A program made the position numbers and the translations under genes. DNA of 63,097 nucleotides, filler included. It is 11 parts of 11 records of this genome, joined end to end, with 100 filler letters (N's around TTAATTAATTAA, not from the genome) between each part and the next. Parts side by side here need not be neighbours in the genome. Positions count along the whole stretch, not along the records: positions 48,818 to 55,860 come from SRR9670534_1235; positions 55,961 to 59,986 come from SRR9670534_1237; positions 60,087 to 63,097 come from SRR9670534_1238; 8 more parts are not named here. One strand, given 5' to 3'. How positions within the stretch are numbered: the stretch's first letter is position 1; each line of letters begins with the position of its first letter. This document shows, in pieces, positions 53,001 to 63,097 of this stretch. Under the pieces are notes generated by a model. That model saw only the letters and a list, made by a program, of their open reading frames with translations. It was not told the DNA's origin and ran no database searches.

Positions 53001-53574
53001 AAACCAACCACGATAAAACCCAAATTCTTCTGCACAATAATCCCTTGTCATCAATGGCACTAGATCCTACACAAGGTAGTATTGTTCAATATTTACCTCC
53101 AAATATAAAATTACAGCCCTTACCTGCTATTGGTACAAGGCCATACTATGGATCTGAAGACTCTGATCAAGATGATGACTTGGAAGTTCCACAAAGAGGC
53201 GATGGAGGTTTCAAACTGCAGTTTTTATCCAAGGCTGATGACCACCTGGCCAATTACTTCACACGACAAGCACCTGCTCTCACAATGGAGGATGAAACGG
53301 CCGCGGCAAAAGAAGAAGGTAAATGAATAATTGACCAAAAATTGATATATCGATCCATACGGCTTCTCCTTTAGATTCTACAGAAGCTCAACCGCAAGAT
53401 ATCACATGCAAGCTACAGGGAGTGAAGGAGATTCAACAAGAATCTGATCAAGATTGGGAACCATTAACAATTCAGGCCCTCAAAGACACCAATAAGCTAA
53501 TTGATGTTGATGGATTTGGTGATTTCCGTCATGGCAAGGTGAAAACATGGATACCTTCAGAAACTGTAATTTAA
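50085..53574 (+). CDS. Uncharacterised multi-exon protein with coiled-coil and charged regions; start not identified
   Basis: Chain of GT-AG-flanked in-frame exons (about 50085-50261, 50842-51006, 51733-51806, 51864-52128, 52269-52421, 52589-52686, 52754-52837, 52910-53319, 53374-53574) ending DWEPLTIQAL...GFGDFRHGKVKTWIPSETVI*. Confidence 0.65.
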
Positions 53575-54959
53575 CCTACCTGTTCAATGAGGGACGGGTG
53601 GTATAGCTTCCCTGTTGAAAATATTAATTATCTTTTGTACTATAATAGTTCTGCTGCAATAAACTATGCTTTGCTCAATAATAATAATAATAAGGCTTGT
53701 GAGTATACTTTAGTAGCATTATTTTTGTGCCACCATAAATTCTTCTTAAAGAATAAATGTATAAATAATACAACACGCGATTTAAGGCGACAATGAACAG
53801 TTCGAAAAACACAATGGGGAACTTTTGTAATTAAAAGGTAGGAACCTATCCCTTATTTTGCTTTCAAAGAACCTCCAGACATGATTTTCCCGCCATTTCA
53901 GTTATGAGCTGTATATTCCATCAAATTTTAATAATATAACAAGCTGATTATGAAAAATTAATAACTGCTACTTAGTTTATAACGCATCATAAATCATCCA
54001 TGTTTGTCATGAACACCTATATAGAATGGAATGGAATGTATTATAAGAAAGAGATAGAGGGGTGCCATGACTTTAATTCTTTGATGAAATGACAACAAAC
54101 ATATTATGCTATTATTAATAAACAATATTATTCAGTTGTAGTAGCAGAGTTATCATAATGTGCAAGTGTTGGATTTCCATATGGCTATTGTAGTGTATGT
54201 GATAACAACTTCATATTGTCAATAAATGAATATATACATATTAGACAAATAAAAAGCAATATCAGAAAATACAATACAATATTAATTCTAGTGATATGAC
54301 GGGAACACAGCAGAGACATCCCCAGACTATTGACTAACACGATCTTTATAACATAAGTTATTAATATTTATAATATAGCAAATTTCAATAATACAATTCA
54401 ACAATTTCAACCATAATTTTAGCATGCAAAAAAATACAATGATATGACTGTAATGAAGCAGAACATGCATAATATTTGCTAACTAATTGAATAATATTTT
54501 ACGATTTTTATAATATATTTGATATTATTATTAAATAACATATTTAATAATTCAATTATTATCATTAAATATATCATAGGTTAATGTAAAGCATGCTTAA
54601 TAATTTTTTCATTTACAATAATTTAATTTGCTTATTAATTAAAGTCTTATATATTTAATATTGTAATAATAATATTATTATAATAATACATTAATTTAAT
54701 AATCATTATAATATGTGAACTATTCTTTTTGCATCTATTATTATTATTATATTTTCTACATTACATATCTAATTAAACCATTTTTATTAATAATAGACAT
54801 AAATCATTACATATAAATTATTATAAAAATAATGTTTAGAACACAATAGTTATGTTTTAAAATAATCAATGTGGTGCTCTAGTTATTGTAGAAAGAACTA
54901 CCGTTGAAAACTTCTCACAATTTAGCGTTTTGAGTGACATTGTTTAGAATTTGAAAGTC

Positions 54960-55770
54960 ATGTGTGATAAAAAGTTATTAAAGTGCATTCATTGCCCAAC
55001 ATTATGTTGTATGGTACATCCCTTATGTGGTTCAGGTGATAAATACAACCAAATTTGTGAACATGTGGTTTTAGGTTGTCAGTTACGGGTCAAAGATCTA
55101 AATCAGGTAAGCAAATCATATCAAGGTGAGTTAAACCTATTAGGAGTAGTTTCCAATTAGCTGCTAAATGGCGAGAACAAAAGCTTTAACATAAAAGGAG
55201 TAATTAGTTTGCTGGAAAAGTTTGAAAATGAAAATAAGTGTTTTAACGGCAGCAATAAAGCTTGTACTGGCTCTGAACTTGCTACACCAGCAACTTGGAA
55301 AGCTAGGGGTATTACCCATTTAAACATGCCCACGAGTGACATAAAACCCTTTTTATGCAACAGAGAATTTGATAAAGTCATGGAGTTTCTTGAAAGCATG
55401 ACAGCATCAAATGGTATGGTATATGTCCATTGTAAGGCTGGCAGAACAAGAAGTGCAACAGTAGTTTTGGCACATATGCTTAAAGTATTGTAACAATAGT
55501 AAATAGATGTCACTGTAATGTGTTTCACTTTTTCATTTTTAGCATCATGACATGACACTGATTGATGCACTTAATCATGTCAGTGAAGAAAGGCATATTG
55601 TAATCAGAAAGTCTTTAATAGAAATTTTATTGATTTACTATGATTACCTGCATCCAAACTTAAAGGAATATTGCTACAACTTACCATGTTTGTTTGTCAA
55701 GTATGATTACAATAACAAAAGCAACAATAGTGATTCGGAATCGTCTTCATCATCAATAACTAAAGTTTGA
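54960..55770 (+). CDS. PTPMT1-like dual-specificity phosphatase, 3 exons (54960-55106, 55161-55482, 55543-55770)
   Basis: CX5R signature VYVHCKAGRTRSAT, close to PTPMT1 VHCKAGRSRSAT; YNQICEHVVLG and GVISLLE upstream. The rest is divergent. Confidence 0.75.
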
Positions 55771-56226
55771 CGGTCAATTGCAGAAAAACCATCATCCAGA
55801 TTAGCAATCGTACTGAACACATTGTGAAACGTCATTATTATTATTATTATTATTATTATTNNNNNNNNNNNNNNNNNNNNNNNNNNNNNNNNNNNNNNNN
55901 NNNNTTAATTAATTAANNNNNNNNNNNNNNNNNNNNNNNNNNNNNNNNNNNNNNNNNNNNGAAATCCCATGAAGTATACAGTAATTATTATACCGTATAT
56001 GCAAAATATTGTAGTAGGTATGCAACTAATGATGCCCAATAAAGTTTTTAACAAAATGGCATATTTATGAAGGTTTCATTTTGAATATAGTAAGAAAAAT
56101 AATTAATATTTTTTAGTGCTACAATTGTTAATAATATTATTATGCAATCTCAGCGTTAGTAGAGCAAAAATCAACTTCAAAAACAAAATAGCAGCACCAG
56201 GATTGCCAGGATTCGTCTAAATCGTA

Positions 56227-56814
56227 TCATTGATTACGTTCATGAAATCTTTCATTTAATCTTGCTGCATTAGCATCTATTTCAAATTCATCATTTGTGG
56301 AACCCCTTTGCAGTCTCGAAGAATTTTCTATTGTTTGTGGGGAAATTAATAATTCAGGAGTTTGAAGAGTTGGATCATCTAAAATGTGCTGAGGTATATT
56401 TGGATTAACATCCCATCCGACTGGAGGATCAGATTTGAATTGAACTGTAAAATTTAATCTTTGATACGAATTTGGTAAAGCACCGCCATTGTATGCTTTA
56501 ATTTCTTCAACTGTTCTGCATCCTTGCTGTGGACAAAAATAAGCATATATTTCCCAGTAATCAACTGTTAAATTTTCTACTGGAATTTTTTTCAGCTCAA
56601 TGTTATCCCATCGTTTCCCCTTTATTTTGCCAATTGGACAATATACGGAGACTGTACTTAAGTTGGCTTCAGTGGTCTTAACACGATAAATAATGTCTCG
56701 ATTAGTAAGATTGTAAATTTTAAGGCTGATGTAGGTTGGCTCTATGGTCGGTGGCTCTTGATACGCAACATTCTCTGGAGATATATTCAGCGAAATTAAA
56801 CATGATTGCGACAT
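56227..56814 (-). CDS. MSP (major sperm protein)-domain protein, intronless, no transmembrane anchor
   Basis: LNISPENVAY, LKIYNLTNRDIIYRVKTT and VYCPIGKI are MSP/VAP-fold signatures; shares GWDVNP.IPQ with its neighbour. Confidence 0.7.
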   Translation of the reverse strand: MSQSCLISLNISPENVAYQEPPTIEPTYISLKIYNLTNRDIIYRVKTTEANLSTVSVYCPIGKIKGKRWDNIELKKIPVENLTVDYWEIYAYFCPQQGCRTVEEIKAYNGGALPNSYQRLNFTVQFKSDPPVGWDVNPNIPQHILDDPTLQTPELLISPQTIENSSRLQRGSTNDEFEIDANAARLNERFHERNQ

Positions 56815-57230
56815 CACCCAATAAAATTTATGCAATCATTTGTGTTAATCAGAATATTTGTTTGCTAATACAATAATAAATAAGTCACAAAGGCGTTCTT
56901 TCGCTACGTGGTTCACAAATGTTTCAAAAACAGCTATGTTCACAAAAACGCTAGGTTATTAAATAATTATTTTATTTCAAAAACGAAAAACTGATGTTTA
57001 ACAATGACAATTTTGTATCTCTTTTTCATCAGCGATATTATAACAATAATAGCAATAATATTATAATATTACTACATAATAGTATAATGATAATATTATA
57101 ATATTACTATAGTTGCAAACTTATATAGCGTATGGTAACAGAAAACTATTTGGTACTTCTATAACTTATTGTAGTTATAACGAAATATTATTATAGTAAA
57201 AAACAGTTTAGTTATCGATAGATCTGCTCG

Positions 57231-58115
57231 CTATTCATTTTGTTCACTTTTTTCCTCTGTTTTCTCCTCAGTTTTTTCTTCGGTTTTTTCTTCAGTTTTT
57301 TCTTCCGTTTTGTCTTCAGGTTTTTCATCGGGTTTTTCATCAGTTTTCTCATCAGCTTTCTGTTCAACGTTATCTTTCTTAGGCTCCTCACTTGGTTCTG
57401 GCTGCTTCTCTTTTTGCTCTGAACCTTCCTGCACATCAGTAGTTCCTGGTGGATCCTGTGGTTCAGCTTTCTTTTCCTCATCTGGCTTTTTCTCTGGTTC
57501 TGGTGAGATTTTGTCAACTGGCGATATTTTGTCAACTTCAGCAGTTGGTGATGACAAGCTAGCGGGTGTCTTAGCGGCATCTTGTTCAGACTTGTTTGAT
57601 GTGTAGATTTTCCTATCCATGCTACCCTGCTTCATAAGCTTTCTTAGAGCAGGCGTTCTACGCTTCTTGTCTTTGAAAGGCTCTTGGGGAATTCCAGGGT
57701 TAACATCCCAACCCTCAGGTGCGGAAGAACAATGGATCGCCACGAGGTATTTATCTACATCTGCTTCAGAAGACAAATTCTTGAAAACCTCACGAACTTC
57801 TTCTCTGCTGCCTATATTGCCGTCAGGGCATCTTATTGAAATGATGGTAAAGGTATCTTCACCTCCTGGAGATTTATCATCAGATAATTTTTTGAACTCA
57901 ATTGATTCCCAACACTTAGGATTGACTCGGCCAACTGGGTAACGAAGAGTGTAACGTTGTGATGCATCCAGAGTTGTTTTAAATTTGAACAAAACAGCAT
58001 GATCTGAGTCATTGAATATTTTCAAATTGCTTTTGCAGCTTTCACCAGAGGTACCATTAATATAGATGGTCTTCTCGTCACTGAGATTAAGTTTTAAAGG
58101 CTTTTCACTAGACAT
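57231..58115 (-). CDS. MSP-domain protein with acidic/Lys-rich repetitive tail, intronless
   Basis: LKIFNDSDHAVLFKFKTT..RYTLRYPVGRVNP and DTFTI; C-terminal (EEKT)n repeats; no hydrophobic tail. Confidence 0.75.
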   Translation of the reverse strand: MSSEKPLKLNLSDEKTIYINGTSGESCKSNLKIFNDSDHAVLFKFKTTLDASQRYTLRYPVGRVNPKCWESIEFKKLSDDKSPGGEDTFTIISIRCPDGNIGSREEVREVFKNLSSEADVDKYLVAIHCSSAPEGWDVNPGIPQEPFKDKKRRTPALRKLMKQGSMDRKIYTSNKSEQDAAKTPASLSSPTAEVDKISPVDKISPEPEKKPDEEKKAEPQDPPGTTDVQEGSEQKEKQPEPSEEPKKDNVEQKADEKTDEKPDEKPEDKTEEKTEEKTEEKTEEKTEEKSEQNE

Positions 58116-59087
58116 AGTTATGCTTTTTGTTAACAACTTTTTTATAAAGTGAATAGCGTTTCTGTTCAAAATCAGCAACAAAACATAAAAATTTAAAAAT
58201 CAAATACTGATATTTGCCTGAATATTTCATGCCCACAAAGTAGTCAATTACTAGAATAAGTTTATTGGAAAAAGCAAATTACGATTTGTTCCTAAAAATG
58301 AGATTTGTGAATACAATTATTTTTTGTTATTAAATTGTAAATGTTTCTATAGGCCTTAATGATAGCTGTTTATATTCAATTTGTGCTAACTAGTAGCCTT
58401 TACTCTTATTTGTGGCACATAAAACATATGCGATAAACTTCTCTGTTACTCAACAATATTAATAAGAAAGTAGCCATAAGTGCAAATTTCAAAGCAAATT
58501 TTAGAGTTATGACGTTAAAAAGGTACATGTACGTAAAAAGGGCGGAGCTATATAAATTATTGTAACATATTGGTATAATAACAGCTACAAAAAATGGCAG
58601 AAACAAAAAGGCTATGCATATCAAATTTAATAAGATGTGACTTGTTTTTGCTCTATGGAATGTAAACGAGTTAAAACAGTGGCAAAGAAATACGCCACTT
58701 TTCTGATTGACTAGCAATATGGAATAGTGATTTCTATGACCATCATAACATTTTACATGTAATTGGTGATGCTTATTAATAAGCATGCTTGTTTACTTTT
58801 TCTTACCAACAACAAGGTCCTCCAACCTTTGTTATGTGAAGTTTTATCCTTGTATTCTGAAATAAAGATCTTACGTAATTTAATAAATTGAAATCAATCT
58901 ATTCACCATCAGAGATTCTGTCAGAACTAGATTAAGATTCCAATAATTAGCGCATGGTTAATAATAATAATAATAATAAATAATTTGTTCTTTACTGTTG
59001 CTTTTTCAAGGTTATGTATGGCTGGCTTTCATAAAAGAACTTTTTGAGCAATCCTATATTTATTGTGAAGAATATTAAAATTTTTGG

Positions 59088-59435
59088 CTACAAGCTATGA
59101 TCTACAACGCAGAGAGTACTGATGTCTGGTTTTGTTTCTTTCTTCTTAGACTTTGCAGCCATTTTCTGTCTAGTTCGTTTGCTTTCAGGCTTTTTGGGCT
59201 GAACATCACAGCAACAACAAACAAAAGATTGAATCTTCTTCCGCAAAGGTGTTTGCTTAGTGTCACCTCCTTTCTTTAAATTTGAACGAGATCTATCTGA
59301 CTTTGGAGAACTTTTTCGTGGTGATATCCGAACTCCTGATGACACTCCTGATGACGATTTCGATTTTTGCGCTTTATTGCTATTAGTACTTTTGGTACTA
59401 CGATGTGACTTGTTTTTGCTCTCTCCTTTTGGCAT
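59088..59435 (-). CDS. Small Lys/Ser/Arg-rich basic protein with SPRK/SPKS motifs and a CCCC cluster
   Basis: 115-aa intronless ATG-initiated ORF with coding-like composition between AT-rich flanks; no family recognised. Confidence 0.55.
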   Translation of the reverse strand: MPKGESKNKSHRSTKSTNSNKAQKSKSSSGVSSGVRISPRKSSPKSDRSRSNLKKGGDTKQTPLRKKIQSFVCCCCDVQPKKPESKRTRQKMAAKSKKKETKPDISTLCVVDHSL

Positions 59436-60721
59436 TTAGTACATAAAATGTGCATAAAAATAGCGTTCATATTATTCTTCAATTATTTCTTTGCAAAAAA
59501 CGCAAACTATTGTGGGTGAGGATAATCTAAGTTACTTCGCAGCTGCCGAGTGCAGTTGAAAGTAACTTATTAATAATAGAAACATGAACTCATTTCAAAA
59601 TTAAGTTACATAAACTAATTATATTATAATTTAATTAATTTATATATAACTTCATAGCTTGCATGACCATTTGGGGCAGAATTTCATTGCTATAAAAGTG
59701 TTAATCAAGGTTGAAAACATTTCTAATTAATCAATTCAATGATTGAGTTTCAATCCCAGTTCAATGACATTATGTTACTGTTACTTGAGAAGGAAACATA
59801 ATTCTTTAATAACAATTTTTATAGTAACCATAGTTTCCTTTTAATATGCACACTCGGTCATTTTTCATATGTAATATTATTAACAATAATAATACAGTAA
59901 TAACTCTGCTGTACATAATAATATTATTATTAAAATTAATAATATATACAACAAAAAATTACTAAATAACAACATGTCGAACGTTTNNNNNNNNNNNNNN
60001 NNNNNNNNNNNNNNNNNNNNNNNNNNNNNNTTAATTAATTAANNNNNNNNNNNNNNNNNNNNNNNNNNNNNNNNNNNNNNNNNNNNCCTTAACAACACTT
60101 TGTGCATAATAAAAACGTCTTAAGTGCAGGAAAACATGGCTAATTAGTAATTATTCTATAAAAATTACATTCAATAGTAGTTTTACAACTACTAATACTT
60201 GTACTTTTACTTATATTTTGTTTATCCTTAATAAATAATATTTATAAATATATGGTTTAATTATTAAACTTTAATTGCCATTTAATTAATTGATATATTA
60301 TAATAAAGGGTTTTAAATTCAAAGAAACAAACTTACATTTACATACTAACGAAATAGTGTGAACTATATAATTAATGATATTGTGAACTTTATAATAATA
60401 ATAATGTACAATGTGCAATTTTATAATTAATAGCAATATTATGTACAATAAAATATCCTTGAAAGGGAACTTTTTATTAAAATAAAAACAAGTGTTAAAT
60501 ACATTTTTAAGAGTCTTAAAATAGCATCGTTGTACGAATAATATTCATATTGTATAATATACAATGTATATGAAGTTAAAGTTTTTAAATTTTAACTCAA
60601 AATGATATAACTTTATTCATTTAAAGCAACATTATTTACTTCTACACTGTAGCTAGTAGCTACCATCACCAACTAAGCAAGATAACTTTTAGCAACTAAC
60701 TATAACTCACATTAACAGTTT

Positions 60722-62885
60722 TCAAGTTTTGCGCTGCAATTAAATACATAATATTAAAATCACATTTTTATTAGAATCAATTCAAATGTAGTAATAATAA
60801 TGTACCTGGATGCTGCTGACGAAGTTAGACAACTTTCCTGCTACTTTACTAACACCTTCCCTCATGCCATCTTTAATGGAGCCAAAGTCAGTATTGGAAT
60901 ATCTAGCTGGCTTAGAATCTGGTCTACCAAAATAATCATCACTGCTAATGGCACTGCTACCCGCAAACTTGTTCACGTTTGCGTCTCTTTCCCACTAATA
61001 ATAGCAATATGTGTCATTGGAACTACGTAGTATACTATAGTACACGTTATGTCGCAAAAAACACGCATTACCTCATCTTTACTTTTGTCGCCAAAATATT
61101 GATCTGATGAAATAGATGTAGCATTTCCAAATCGCTTCTGTGCGTCTGAGTTTCCTATATTTTTTCTTTGAGAACTGTCCAACGTTCCAATGGGTCTTCT
61201 GTGACCAGACCTTCATAAAATACATGGATATAAATTACTATATATATATATTCAATTAAATCGAAGACAAACTTAGTGTCATCATCTTCTTCCGCTTTAA
61301 CGAAGAAGGAGTCATGAGTTGATCTAGTACCAAGATCGGAACCAGTGTTACGTGAACCAATTTCGTCAACAAACCAATCATCTTCTCGTTTTGAAGGCTT
61401 GCTGGTAACAGTTGATGTGGTGTTAGAGCCACCGAAACCGATAAATTCAAATTCATCTTCATACCTATCTTTGCTTGAAAAATAGCTGGAAGAGCCTGAA
61501 GAAGTGGTTTTGCCTTCCTGTTGGATTATTTCCATGTCAGATAAAGCGGAATGACTTGCTGCCCTGTGAATTAGAAATAGATAGACAAAATCGCAACATT
61601 TATTCATTACATACCTAATTACATTCATTACATAACCTTTAGTCATTACACAGATAGACATTGACACATGTTACACAACACGTACATATGTATTATTCAT
61701 TACATAAGACAATAAAATGCAGTATAGGTAGGTATTATAGATACATTGCACATACGATCTTTTTCCTGTTCCCATTCCAAGCCTTTCGTATGCTTCCTGC
61801 TTTTTTTTGTCTTTCTCATCCAAATGTTCACTATCATCTTTATACTGCAATTTCATTTGAGCTCTAGAGTTCATAATTGTAAACAAAGTTATACCATGAG
61901 TTACAAGCTTTAAGCACTGTTACATACAGTTCTTTGGAAAGATCTTCCTGTTGTTTTTTCGCTTTTTCGCGAGATAAGGCTTGCTCAATTTCTTTCTGTT
62001 TCTCCTCTTCATGCATTTGTTCTTCAATTTGCGAAAAGTCCGATGCCACTTTTTGAGCACCGAGTCTCCCTGGCCTTTTCCCACTTAACCCTGCTTTCTT
62101 TGGACCTTTCTTGGGACCAGTGATGGTACATTTTCGGTTCTCTGCTATTGAAATAGCACTGCGAGGTGAGGTACTTAAGGCAGCGTCAACGTTTGGACCT
62201 TCTTCAACATTCTCAACATCAATGTTTAAAGAGGCACCAGCAAGACCTGAATCACTGAGTTGTTGGTCTCGTCCTCCAGAGAGGCTTCGCTTTCTGCTTA
62301 TTTCTAATTCAGTAAAAAAATCTACATCTTTTGCTGCTGGAGATGTTGCCGGTTCAGTGCCGAAAAATAACTAAAAACACAAATAGATGTCTAGATGTAC
62401 ACAGTTTACAACTCATCATCATCAGATTACATAGGATACTATGTACAGTATCCCCCATAAAAAGGGAAGAATTTATAAACTATCGTAGTACATAATATGT
62501 ACTACATATATCAATTCTTCCTTTTTTGTGGGCCACCATGTAGTATAGCTATTTTATGTATTGCTATAGGATTGTATCATATAGCATTGATTTGTACATA
62601 TTTAGGCATTGTATTACACATATGTACCTAGTTTGCTTCTACAGTACCTACACCATCTATAAACTCCTACATAAGTACGGTACTTAAAGTACCTACCTAA
62701 TACAATACATAACTTATTATTCAATACAGATAAGAATAAAACTAATAGGTAACCTTGGTTCCATGCTGTCTCATAATTTGGGCTGCATTTGAATGTAGCT
62801 TATCACGATAAAGCCTGGCACCTCTACTGCTGTATTTAATTTGAGCATCTGAGCTTGTACAACTATTTGCTTGAAAAAAGCTTTC
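60722..62885 (-). CDS. ARFGAP2/3: ADP-ribosylation factor GTPase-activating protein 2/3, 5' end beyond the window
   Basis: KYSSRGARLYRDKL, RLGAQKVASDFSQIE, ERLGMG, SHSALSDMEIIQQE, Glo3-type repeats AQKRFGNATSISSDQYFG and KFAGSSAISSDDYFG, GVSKVAGKLS; tentative terminal exon RKT*. Confidence 0.92.
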
Positions 62886-63097
62886 CTGCAAAACAAGAGT
62901 TTCATAAAAACAAACGTAACGAATATCAAATTGATCTGATCAATATTTTTCGAAACTACCTACATGAATAATACATATTTCGAAACATGTACCTATGTGC
63001 ATATATGGCATACTGTATTGTCTATTCATTGAATAAAAATGAAGCATGGTGCATACATGTTTCGAAAGTACATTGTATGTAGTATTTCCAGAAAAGA

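Noticed and set aside
57212-57942. Several overlapping and antisense ORFs over the MSP-domain gene, and similar short ORFs opposite other genes
   Set aside because: Shadow ORFs caused by codon bias and repetitive coding sequence; no independent motifs or splice signals.

Overview
This is eukaryotic (animal) genomic DNA: AT-rich, with compact intron-containing genes and many 40-70 nt GT-AG introns. It is not one continuous locus. Eleven contigs are joined by ten identical artificial 100-nt linkers (N44-TTAATTAATTAA-N44), so synteny holds only within a contig. Recognisable genes are two tandem 2OG-Fe(II) oxygenase-family paralogues, a HAD hydrolase, VPS41, HPS1, an APBB/FE65 adaptor, pieces of two tandem globin genes, kinesin-13 (KIF2), TAF5/TAF5L, NF-YC, tincar, an SLC6 transporter, CYB5D1, DCAF13, mitochondrial LeuRS (LARS2), a PTPMT1-like phosphatase, two soluble MSP-domain proteins, a small basic protein, ArfGAP2/3 and two orphan genes. 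Gene content suggests a fast-evolving bilaterian-grade invertebrate, but the taxon cannot be fixed from this window. Highlights: (1) a 6-nt microexon in APBB at the position of the vertebrate neural FE65 microexon, with upstream UGC motifs; (2) three co-directional, tightly packed gene clusters whose downstream genes have a 3' splice acceptor just before the ATG, suggesting operons resolved by spliced-leader trans-splicing; (3) a LARS2 that appears to lack its C-terminal domain and editing motifs; (4) microbial-like oxygenase paralogues with discordant introns; (5) a dispersed AGATG(G/T)CGCCA repeat motif resembling CTCF sites; (6) a putative sperm-gene cluster. All exon boundaries were read by eye and family calls come from motif recognition, not database searches.
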